DNA of 64,000 bases from Candidatus Amphirhobacter sp. (GTDB lineage: Bacteria > Pseudomonadota > Gammaproteobacteria > Tethybacterales > Tethybacteraceae). The stretch covers positions 1,287,134 through 1,351,133 of the forward strand of contig OZ244940.1 in NCBI GenBank assembly GCA_965222035.1. The letters are read 5' to 3'. The notes beneath the pieces are model-generated. The model made no database searches. It worked only from the letters and a program-made list of their open reading frames with translations, and had not been told where the DNA came from. Every line of letters begins with the position of its first letter. Positions within the stretch are counted from its first letter, which is position 1. A program made the position numbers and the translations under genes. Below, piece after piece: positions 51,501-60,657 of this stretch.

Positions 51501-52269
51501 GGGCACGGGCAATCTGCTGCTGGAGGCCCAGGGCAATCTTACTTACCAGCCCCATCTCAAGGCCGATTATGTTGGCTGGGGCCTGGGCTGGTACAACGAC
51601 ATCGAGCGCTGGGACCTGCGCCTGCGCGCCGGGGCCAGCTCCGGCGAGCTCGAATTCGAGGAGGATCGCTTTGAGATGAACGCCGCAGCGGGCACCGCGC
51701 GCCTGGCGGTGGCCTATGCGCCGGGCCGCAACCTGGTCGTCGACATCCCGATGCAGCCGGAGTTCGAAGTGGCCTGGGCCGATGAATGGGGCGACGCCGC
51801 CGGCGATCCGAGCTGGCTGGTGGCGCTGGTGTTCGACTACGCCGGCACCGGTCCGATGCATCTGCGCGCCGCCTACCGTCATGCGGTCAGCGGCGGCGGC
51901 GACCTCGCCGGAGTGGAGCTGGACCTCCGCGTCGATCCGAACCGCGGCGGCTTAGGCCCCTCTTTCGCTCTGCGCCCGCATTACGGCATCGAAGCGGGAG
52001 AGGATTTGTTCGCACAAGCGGCGCGGCCGACCACCTTCGCCGCGGGCGCCGACCGCGGCCGGCGCCTGCAGGCCGAGATGGCCTGGGGCTTGCCAGTCAG
52101 CGGCGGGGTACTTACGCCCTATGGCGACTGGAGCATGGAGCGGCGGGATCGCAGCCGGCAGCTGGGCCTGCGCTTGGGTACCGGCGTCTACGGCGATTGG
52201 AACTTGGGCTGGCGCCGCGCGGGCCGCGCCGCGGACGAGCTGCATCTGGAATTGCGCATCGGCGACTAG
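48571..52269 (+). CDS. Paralog D (1232 aa from the internal ATG); by comparison with paralog E the native start is the ATG at 48488, which is currently out of frame because the poly-G tract is G9, consistent with a phase-OFF state
   Basis: With G9, the ATG at 48488 reads MAAGFLDERGGVAAL and stops at 48533-48535. The main frame is open only from the stop at 48508, and the first ATG (48571) leaves a truncated signal peptide, MLACAFAAEAQQ. One extra G would fuse them: MAAGFLDERGGGSGPLGRWRPALAALACMLACAFAAEA-QQ. The rest is about 80% identical to paralog E. Confidence 0.75.
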   Translation: MLACAFAAEAQQLGNQHSATADGIVNLPYDSGKSTGIRFHVTSCTTGGRFRNGLYLRNDDFVYPEFIFYNTNGSFSHRSDAISNLFFGRIAHFAVLSVATTEGVRRPEFKICNHDQLAYPVTVAIWEDQGQDDETPASSYFNVRSAAAGVDTDIAFHRSGSTCRYNDVQLVNPPSWLELRKYTASGTPDGAAGTRFTVRMEKDHAEDRQVRLLFKEGVTVATGQHVATMAVARHLASAGCSGGLDTTVTLTYTLNITDQAEWAAQGPEEVRDARALRTDALGAALNLTIHRSSEICRYTSVSLAGDAGSFLELRAYATATGRQAGAAAASLPGVFMQRGAAGDLNVRVYSKSGAAAPQPGRKDVTIVVQPGARCGFQQGLPAAQSIAIAWNVLAPYGSPEPWQAGSIDDATSDGPFSPRAVSEATDPVPVGIYLQRNSASCVNMYYELLSGQEALDFHFVAQNSRIRQEGDVIGLKASGNRSAGLYFEPGTQLESGAKLPVSIQLRAYPTCSQGPATQTIAFTLTMGAAEAWRVLAGEVAAATALFQPASLRASTSPTDTGVRFHRGTSACPQVDVAVRPTAFVEVRKYNGSAADGAAAPSLANVRMQAGHADDRLVGLQFKAGVTLPPGLLTATLVAKAASDCTHANAPQPLTLAYELAVQDAWPWRAAAQDNFGAPALIDTLELQRSGARSTGLRLQRNSRACASTDVALASDAPAYLSLRRYSATGPEGAAARSLSGVNMSGSGTNDRHVRIAIAGGTSLTIGAAVAVSLTISANSSCSGAVGVPAAQELVGYVLVSGGGLDTEAAMQAGTALAVRALGIETLGAVMARPGAASDTSTSAQLLGMLAAKEKELESGEIDLRTFLAGQRFSLPLSSSASGLPSGLMLWGRAAAYEVGSESENGAQVESDLFSGSFGVDYRFTEGMLLGLGYGRHGQKGQYRNGGAAGSYQLDLNLYQPYAAARIGPGWLVAYGSQGTGNLLLEAQGNLTYQPHLKADYVGWGLGWYNDIERWDLRLRAGASSGELEFEEDRFEMNAAAGTARLAVAYAPGRNLVVDIPMQPEFEVAWADEWGDAAGDPSWLVALVFDYAGTGPMHLRAAYRHAVSGGGDLAGVELDLRVDPNRGGLGPSFALRPHYGIEAGEDLFAQAARPTTFAAGADRGRRLQAEMAWGLPVSGGVLTPYGDWSMERRDRSRQLGLRLGTGVYGDWNLGWRRAGRAADELHLELRIGD

Positions 52270-52324
52270 GGTTGGCCGGCGGGCTCCGGCTCCGGCGGTT
52301 TCCTGTATTGTAAAATGGCTTGGA

Positions 52325-55300
52325 ATGGCCGCAGGATTTTTTGATGAAAGGGGGGGGGGTAGCGGTCCTCTAGGGCATTGCCGCTCAATCCTGGCGGCGC
52401 TAACTTGCATGCTGGCTTTGCCCTTCGCCGCCGAGGCGCAGCAACTAGGCAACCAGCATAGCGCGACGGCCGATCGCATCGTCAACCTGCCGTATGACAG
52501 CGGCAAGAGCACTGGCATCAAGTTCCACATCACCAGCTGCACCACCGGCGGTGGTTTTAGTTCCAGGATTTATCAACGCAACAACGATTTCATTACTCAC
52601 CTTTTTCTTGACTACAGCACGGACGGCAGTTATCTAGGCAGCACAAATTCAAGCAGTTACCCCTTCAGCAATAGTGTACTGCATTTTGCTGTCGTAAGTG
52701 TTGCCACCACGGAAGGAGTGCGACGCCCGGAAATAAAGATATGCAATCATGCGGACATGGCCTACGCCGTTACGGTGGCGAAGTGGGAGGACCAGGGCCA
52801 GGCTGACGACACGCCGGAGAGCAGGTACTATCACGTGCGCGGCGCAGCGGCCGGCGTCGACACCGGCATCGCCTTCCACCGCAGCGGCTCGACCTGCCGC
52901 TACAATGATGTTCAATTGGTCAATCCGCCCTCCTGGCTGGAGCTGCGCAAGTACACGGCCAGCGGGACGCCGGACGGTGCCGCCGGCATGCGCTTCACGG
53001 TGCGGATGGAGAAGGATCATGCGGAGGATCGCCAGGTGCGGCTGCTGTTCAAGGAAGGGGTGACGGTTGCGGTGGGCCAGCACATGGCGACCATGGCGGT
53101 AGCGCGCCATTTAGCGTCGGCCGGATGCAGCGGGGGCCTGGACACGACGGTGACGCTCGTGCACACGCTCAACATCACCGACCAGGCCGACTGGACGGCG
53201 CAGGGCGGGGAAAACGCCATCGAGCCTTACGACATTCGCTCCGACGCTCTCGGCGCGGCGGGGGTGGGCCTGGGCCTGACGCTTCACCGCAGCTCGGAAG
53301 TCTGCCGGTACACGTCGGTGTCGTTGGCGGGCGACGCAAGCTCTTTCTTGGAGCTGCGCACCTACTCGACGGCGACGCGGCGGCTGGTCGGTACGCCGGC
53401 CGCGAGCCTGCCGGGCGTGTTCATGCAGCGCGGCGTGGCGGGCGACCGCAACGTGCAGGTGTTCTCCAAGAGTGGCGCGTCGGTGACGCCGGGGACCAAG
53501 GCGGTGACGATCGCGGTCCAGCCCGGTGCCCGCTGCGGTTTTCAGCAGGGCTTGCCGTCGGCACAGACCTTGGCGTTGCAGTGGACGGTGCTCTCGCCCT
53601 TCAGCTCGCCCGAGGCCTGGCAATTAGGCAGCGGCGATGACGCGGTACCGGACGGGCCGTTCAGCCCGCGGGCGGTGTCGGAGTCCTCTGATCCGGTGCC
53701 CGTCGGGGTGTACCTGCATCGTACTTCAGCGTCCTGTAGTTTCATCCATCATGAGATTCTAAGCGGCCATGAAGCGCTCGATATATATCTTGTGAATCCT
53801 GGCCGTACCAGCCGCACCTGGCGGGGCGATTTAGCAGCAATAAATATCAACTTCAACTCGGCCGCCCTGTATTTCGAGCCGGGCGTGCAGCTGGCGTCCG
53901 GCAGCGAGCTGCCCGTGTCAATCCAAATTCGCCCTGATGCGACATGCAACGCGGGCGCGGCCGTCCAGACCCTGGCGTTCACCTTGACGATGGGCACGGC
54001 GGAGGCGTGGCGCGCCCTGGCCGGCGATGTCGCGACGGCGACGATGCTGTTCCAGCCGGCGAGCCTGCGCGTGTCGACCTCGCCGACGGACACCGGCGTG
54101 CGCTTCCATCGCGGCACCTCGGCCTGTCCGCAGGTGGATGTGGCGGTGGGCCCGACGGCGTTCATGGAACTGCGCAAGTACAATGGCGGTACCGCGGACG
54201 GCGCGGCGGCAGTGTCTCTGGCCGACGTGCGCATGCAGGCGAGCCATGCCGACGACCGGCGGGTGGGGGTGCAGTTCAAGGCGGGCGTCACGCTGCCGCC
54301 GGGCTTGTTCACGGCGACCGTGGTGGCCAAGGCGGCCTCAGGCTGCGCGCATGGCAACGCGCCGGTGCCCTTGACCTTGGCTTATGAATTGGCGGTGCTG
54401 GACGCCTGGCCGTGGCGGACAGCGGCGCAGGACAATTTCGGCACGCCAGCGCAGCTGGACAGGCTGGAGCTCGAGGGTTCCGGCGCGCTGCCGACTGGAT
54501 TGCGCGTGCAGCGCAATTCGCGGGCCTGCGCGAGTACCGATGTGGCGCTGGCATCCGACGCGCCGTCATATCTGTCGCTGCGGCGCTACAGCGCCACCGG
54601 TCCCGACGGCGCGGCGGCGCGGTCGCTGGCGGGCGTGAACATGACCGGCTCCGGCGCGGCCGACCGCCATGTGCGGGTGATGATCGCGGGTGGGACGGCG
54701 CTTGATGTCGGCGCCGCGGTCACGGTTTCGCTGACGGTATCCGCCAACGCATCCTGCTCGGGCGCGGCGGGCGTACCGGCGGCGCAGGAGCTGGTGGGCT
54801 ACGTGCTCGTCAGCGGCGGCGGGCTGCTGGCGGAGGCGGCCATGCAGGCGGGCACTGCCTTGGCGGTGCGGGCGCTGGGCATCGAGACGCTGGGCGCGGT
54901 CATGGCGCGTCCCGGCGCGCCATCAGGAGCGGCGGCCAGCGAGCAGCTGCTCGGCATGCTGGCGGCGAAGGAAGCGGAGCTCGAGAGCGGCGCGATCGAC
55001 TTGCGCGAGTTCCTCGCCGGCCAGAGTTTCGCGCTGCCGCTGGCGTCCGCCGACGGCGGCCTGCCGCCAGGCTTGATGATGTGGGGCCGGGCGGCGGCAT
55101 ATGACGTGGGCGCGGCGGTCGAGAACGGTCCGCGGGTGGACAGCGATCTGTTCAGCGGCAGCTTCGGCGTCGACTATCGTTTTCGCGAGGGCATGCTGCT
55201 GGGGCTGGGCTTTGGCCGGCACGAGCTGTCGGGTCGTTACAGCAATCGGGGTTCCACCGGCAGCTATCAACTGGATTTGAATCTGTACCAGCCTTATGCC

Positions 55301-56113
55301 GCGGCGCAGCTCGGCCCGGGCTGGCTGGCGGCCTACGGCAGCCAGGGCACGGGCGACTTGCTGCTCGAGATCCAGGATGGCGTGGACCGCAAGCCCAGCC
55401 TCAAGGCCGACTACACCGGCTGGGGCCTGGGCTGGTACAACGACATCGAGCGCTGGGACCTGCGCCTGCGGGCCGGCGCGAGCGCCGGCGAGCTGGAGTT
55501 CGAGGAGAATCGCCTTGAGCTGAATACCGAAGCGGGCACGGCGCGCCTGGCGGTGGCCTATGCGCCGGGCCGCGACCTGGTCGTCGACATCCCGATCCAG
55601 CCGGAGGTGGAGATCGCCTGGGCCGATGAATGGGGCGACGCCGCCGGCGACTCAAGCTGGCTGCTGGCGCTGGCCTTCGACTACGCCGGCGACGGTCCGC
55701 TGCAGCTGCGCACCACCTACCGCCGCGCAGTCAGCGGCGGCGGCGACCATGCCGGGGCCGAGCTGGACGTCCGCGTCGATGCCGGCCGCGGTGGCTTGGG
55801 CCCCTCCTTCGCTTTGCGCCCGCATTACGGCATTGAAGGGGGAGCGGATTTGTTCGCGCAGGTGGCGCAGCCGACCACCTTCGCCGCAGGCGACGACCGC
55901 GGCCGTCGCCTGCAAGCTGAGATGGCCTGGGGCCTGCCGGTCAACGGCGGGGTGCTGGTGCCGTACGGTGGCTGGAGCATGGAACGACGCGATCACAGCC
56001 GGCGGCTGGGACTGCGCCTGGACAGCGGCGCCTACGGCGACTGGAACCTGGGCTGGCGCAGCGCCGACAGCAGTATCGACGAGCTGCATCTGGAACTGCG
56101 CATCGGCGACTAA
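52325..56113 (+). CDS. Paralog E (about 1262 aa): signal peptide after an in-frame G10 tract, ~4 two-cysteine domains and the C-terminal beta-barrel-like domain
   Basis: The ATG at 52325 reads MAAGFFDERGGGSGPLGHCRSILAALTCMLALPFAAEAQQLGNQHSATADRIV.... The listed ORF 52121..56113 only extends upstream because there is no stop in the frame. The C-terminus ends ELHLELRIGD. Confidence 0.85.
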   Translation: MAAGFFDERGGGSGPLGHCRSILAALTCMLALPFAAEAQQLGNQHSATADRIVNLPYDSGKSTGIKFHITSCTTGGGFSSRIYQRNNDFITHLFLDYSTDGSYLGSTNSSSYPFSNSVLHFAVVSVATTEGVRRPEIKICNHADMAYAVTVAKWEDQGQADDTPESRYYHVRGAAAGVDTGIAFHRSGSTCRYNDVQLVNPPSWLELRKYTASGTPDGAAGMRFTVRMEKDHAEDRQVRLLFKEGVTVAVGQHMATMAVARHLASAGCSGGLDTTVTLVHTLNITDQADWTAQGGENAIEPYDIRSDALGAAGVGLGLTLHRSSEVCRYTSVSLAGDASSFLELRTYSTATRRLVGTPAASLPGVFMQRGVAGDRNVQVFSKSGASVTPGTKAVTIAVQPGARCGFQQGLPSAQTLALQWTVLSPFSSPEAWQLGSGDDAVPDGPFSPRAVSESSDPVPVGVYLHRTSASCSFIHHEILSGHEALDIYLVNPGRTSRTWRGDLAAININFNSAALYFEPGVQLASGSELPVSIQIRPDATCNAGAAVQTLAFTLTMGTAEAWRALAGDVATATMLFQPASLRVSTSPTDTGVRFHRGTSACPQVDVAVGPTAFMELRKYNGGTADGAAAVSLADVRMQASHADDRRVGVQFKAGVTLPPGLFTATVVAKAASGCAHGNAPVPLTLAYELAVLDAWPWRTAAQDNFGTPAQLDRLELEGSGALPTGLRVQRNSRACASTDVALASDAPSYLSLRRYSATGPDGAAARSLAGVNMTGSGAADRHVRVMIAGGTALDVGAAVTVSLTVSANASCSGAAGVPAAQELVGYVLVSGGGLLAEAAMQAGTALAVRALGIETLGAVMARPGAPSGAAASEQLLGMLAAKEAELESGAIDLREFLAGQSFALPLASADGGLPPGLMMWGRAAAYDVGAAVENGPRVDSDLFSGSFGVDYRFREGMLLGLGFGRHELSGRYSNRGSTGSYQLDLNLYQPYAAAQLGPGWLAAYGSQGTGDLLLEIQDGVDRKPSLKADYTGWGLGWYNDIERWDLRLRAGASAGELEFEENRLELNTEAGTARLAVAYAPGRDLVVDIPIQPEVEIAWADEWGDAAGDSSWLLALAFDYAGDGPLQLRTTYRRAVSGGGDHAGAELDVRVDAGRGGLGPSFALRPHYGIEGGADLFAQVAQPTTFAAGDDRGRRLQAEMAWGLPVNGGVLVPYGGWSMERRDHSRRLGLRLDSGAYGDWNLGWRSADSSIDELHLELRIGD
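52350..52359 (+). repeat. Poly-G (G10) tract in the 5' coding region of paralog E, in frame (ON configuration)
   Basis: ttttttgatgaaagGGGGGGGGGGtagcggtcct. Confidence 0.8.
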
Positions 56114-56158
56114 AGTCGGCGCGCGGATTGCCCGCGCCGTTCTCAAGGGAAGTCTTAG

Positions 56159-56195
56159 TGGCAGATAGTCTGCCGCGGCAAAGATAGCGGTTTAA
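56159..56195. terminator. Second copy of the conserved hairpin (ggcaga-tag-tctgcc plus gcggttt) between the convergent paralog E and AAA ATPase 2
   Basis: Same structure and position as 45206-45243. Confidence 0.4.
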
Positions 56196-56255
56196 TCAAA
56201 ACAGGCATGCAGTGCCCAACGAAATTTATGGCTTGCGCAGTTCAGCCCTGCTTCT

Positions 56256-57416
56256 TCAATCCTTGTTTTCCTCTTGCCGGGCCTTGAAATATTGGAAGAA
56301 GGATGGGATGGCAGGTTGCACCTTGGCGTCATCCGCAAACCATATCAAGCTGTTGTCCAGCAACAGATTGAAAATCTTGCGCGCCTCTTGGGAACTCATG
56401 CCATTATTGGCGGCTGCGAGCTTCTCCATTACTTTTTCAGATGTGAACGGCGAATCCGCGCCTTCCACGATGGCCACGACCTGGTTGGCGTAGCCCAACG
56501 CGTCTGCGTCTGCGATCTTCTCGTAAACGCTGTGGTAGTAAATGCGGCGCTCCTTCTGCATGGCAGCCTCGGCGCCCTGCGCCAGGGCCAGGTCGACTTC
56601 ATTGCGCTTGGCTTTCCGCATGGCTTTCCACACTTCCCTGCCCGCCAGCTGGACGAAGTAAGGATAGTTGTCAGTCCAGCTCGCCATCAAATCGAGCGCC
56701 TCGTCCGCCACCTTCACGCCATTGTCCAGCAGTGGCTTGCGCAGGGCGTCGCGCACCGCCTCGTCGCTGAGTTGGTGGATGTACATCGATTGGCAGCGAT
56801 TGATGAAGGAAGCATTGGCCTGATTCAGCTTTCCATCGAGAGCGGGCGTACCGGCTATCATCACCGCCAAAGGCCGCTTCTGCTTGATCATCTGCTGACA
56901 CGCCTGCAGTAGTCTGCCAAAGGACTTGGCATTATAGTGCATCGCCTCATCTAGCGACAACAGTACGGGATGCCGGCTCAGCCGGGCTCGCAGCACTCTC
57001 TTGATCGTCTGCTGCTCGTAATGCTTCCGCTTCGCGGAAAAAATGGACAGGCCAAGCTGGTAGAAACCGCTCAGCCACAGCAGGGACCGCTCGCGGAGGT
57101 CCATGCCCTCCAGCAAGCCGCTGATGATTTCGCTGCTCGGATCCAAGCGAAGCAGTTCGGCACTGTCAACCACATGGATGCCCTGTCGCCGCGCCTCTGC
57201 TTCAGCCAGGCCCAGCAGGGATGTCTTGCCCGCCCCCCGCGGGCCGACGATCTTGATGGGCGTGAGCGGAGAACGCTCCAGCCTGCCGTCGACCAGGGGT
57301 TTGGTGATTATACGCAGGGTCTCGCTGATTATGTCCCGCTGCTCTTCCCGCCCCGCCAAATGCGGGGGCTCGGTGGCAGTGCCCGGAACAAACGGGTTTT
57401 CGACAGACCCCATGGT
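56256..57416 (-). CDS. AAA+ ATPase paralog 2 (Walker A GPRGAGKT, Walker B LLSLDEAMHY)
   Basis: 386 aa from the ATG complementary to 57414-57416 (MGSVENPFVPGTATEPPHLAGREEQ...), which is the homologous start to paralog 1. The listed ORF extends a further 43 codons upstream but without homology. Confidence 0.8.
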   Translation of the reverse strand, partial: TMGSVENPFVPGTATEPPHLAGREEQRDIISETLRIITKPLVDGRLERSPLTPIKIVGPRGAGKTSLLGLAEAEARRQGIHVVDSAELLRLDPSSEIISGLLEGMDLRERSLLWLSGFYQLGLSIFSAKRKHYEQQTIKRVLRARLSRHPVLLSLDEAMHYNAKSFGRLLQACQQMIKQKRPLAVMIAGTPALDGKLNQANASFINRCQSMYIHQLSDEAVRDALRKPLLDNGVKVADEALDLMASWTDNYPYFVQLAGREVWKAMRKAKRNEVDLALAQGAEAAMQKERRIYYHSVYEKIADADALGYANQVVAIVEGADSPFTSEKVMEKLAAANNGMSSQEARKIFNLLLDNSLIWFADDAKVQPAIPSFFQYFKARQEENKD

Positions 57417-57550
57417 TTGTATTTTACCTTCGCAAGGGGCGAGAAACATAAAAACAGGGGTTGCATGCTCATGCAAGCCATCGCATGCAAGATGGTAGCA
57501 TTGAGGATCAGCCGCCACCGCAGGCATTTCCGCATAAAATAACATTTGCC

Positions 57551-57943
57551 ATGACCAAGCGGATGCGCTTCCTGCCCCTTTTGCTGCTGCCGCTACTGCT
57601 GCAGGGATGCGGTGGCTTCCTCACCGAGATGAAATGCCGCAATGGCCCGCTGCAGCAGGAGGTGTCGTCGCTGTGGGAGCGCATCGTCGAGCTGCGCGGC
57701 AACGCCAGGCGGGGCTACGCTCTCCATGTACAGTACGTCTCCGAGCAGGAGCCGTACACCGACAAGGACGACCAGGGCCGCGAGGTGACGCGGTACCGCA
57801 GAGTGGAGCGGCGGGTCGAGACGCCGGTGTCGATCGACGTCGAGGCCCAGCGGGCGCAGGCCGAGGCCCTGGCACGCAGCGCCGGCCGGATCGAGGACGC
57901 GGCCGAGCAAGAGTACCTCAAGTGCCTCGCCGCCAACAGCTGA
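57551..57943 (+). CDS. Small lipoprotein (130 aa), paralog 1
   Basis: MTKRMRFLPLLLLPLLLQGCGG contains the lipobox LLQGC. About 60% identical to 58144..58542 (GPLQQE..S...R..ELRGN..RGYALH.QYV.E.EPYTD.D..GR.VTR.R.V.RRVETPV.ID...QRAQAE.L.RS..RI.DAA.QEYLKC). A TAAAAT box lies 10 nt upstream. Confidence 0.7.
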   Translation: MTKRMRFLPLLLLPLLLQGCGGFLTEMKCRNGPLQQEVSSLWERIVELRGNARRGYALHVQYVSEQEPYTDKDDQGREVTRYRRVERRVETPVSIDVEAQRAQAEALARSAGRIEDAAEQEYLKCLAANS

Positions 57944-57956
57944 CGGATCGCGCTCG

Positions 57957-58109
57957 ATCCCTTGGCGACGCTTGACCGCAAGAGTTAGCGCGGCAGGCGC
58001 TGCTACTGCTGGAGCGACATGCCGCCTGAGCACCGGCGCCTATGGCGACACTGGAAACTTGGCTGGTGCTGCCGACGAGTTGCTTCTGGAAATGCGCATC
58101 GGCGACTAG
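57957..58109 (+). pseudogene. Mosaic remnant: a decayed duplicate of the 5' end of the DUF2723 gene (57957-58028), fused to a degraded 3' end of an autotransporter-family gene (58029-58109, encoding ...GTGAYGDTGNLAGAADELLLEMRIGD*)
   Basis: 57944-58028 aligns with 58543-58625 (cgctcgat.c.ttggcg.cgcttgaccgcaag..ttagcgcggcaggcgctgc..ctgctggagcg) but carries a 2-nt insertion that breaks the frame. 58029-58109 aligns with the last ~30 codons of the paralog genes (ggcgcctatggcga...gagctgcatctggaactgcgcatcggcgactag) with internal deletions. It is followed by a cctgtgtaaaat promoter-like box like the one upstream of genes D and E. Confidence 0.65.
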
Positions 58110-58143
58110 GCGCAGCCGTTCCTGTGTAAAATATCATACGGCT

Positions 58144-58542
58144 ATGATCAAGAAGATATGCTGCTGGTTGCTGCTTCCGTTGCCTGTCCTTCTGCAGGGC
58201 TGCGGCGGCGGCGGCGGTGTCGTCACCGAGAGAGATTGTCGTAGTGGCCCGCTGCAGCAGGAACTGACATCGATGCAGAGGCGTGTCAACGAGTTGCGCG
58301 GCAATGTGACGCGAGGCTATGCTCTCCACATCCAGTACGTCGAGGAGAATGAGCCGTACACCGATAGGGATCTCGACGGCCGCCAGGTGACGCGCTTTCG
58401 CAAGGTGCAGCGGCGGGTTGAGACGCCAGTTGCGATCGATATTGATAGCCAACGGGCGCAGGCCGAGGTTTTAGAGCGGAGCGTGGACCGGATCGCGGAT
58501 GCGGCCCACCAAGAGTACCTCAAGTGCCGCGCCGGCAACTGA
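58144..58542 (+). CDS. Small lipoprotein (132 aa), paralog 2
   Basis: MIKKICCWLLLPLPVLLQGCGGGGG contains the lipobox LLQGC. It is preceded by tgtaaaatatcatacggctATG. Confidence 0.7.
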   Translation: MIKKICCWLLLPLPVLLQGCGGGGGVVTERDCRSGPLQQELTSMQRRVNELRGNVTRGYALHIQYVEENEPYTDRDLDGRQVTRFRKVQRRVETPVAIDIDSQRAQAEVLERSVDRIADAAHQEYLKCRAGN

Positions 58543-58560
58543 CGGCTCGCTCTCGATTCT

Positions 58561-60642
<2,082 letters not shown>

Positions 60643-60657
60643 GATAATATAGGCCGC

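Larger units (their letters stand above)
48470..56130 (+). repeat. Tandem duplication of a ~3.84-kb unit, giving paralog genes D and E with their promoter and poly-G leader
   Basis: 48440-52290 aligns with 52280-56130 throughout. The upstream segment cctgtattgtaaaatggcttg.gatggccgcaggatt is near-identical. Confidence 0.85.

Noticed and set aside
52121-52324. Upstream extension of gene E to 52121
   Set aside because: This is read-through of an open frame across the C-terminus and terminator of gene D. Homology with paralogs and the TAAAAT box place the start at the ATG at 52325.
56256-57545. The 43-codon N-terminal extension of the second AAA ATPase ORF (to 57545)
   Set aside because: Paralog 1 and the conserved promoter place the start at the ATG complementary to 57414-57416. 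The extension (MLFYAEMPAVAADPQCYHLACDGLHEHATPVFMF...) has no counterpart.
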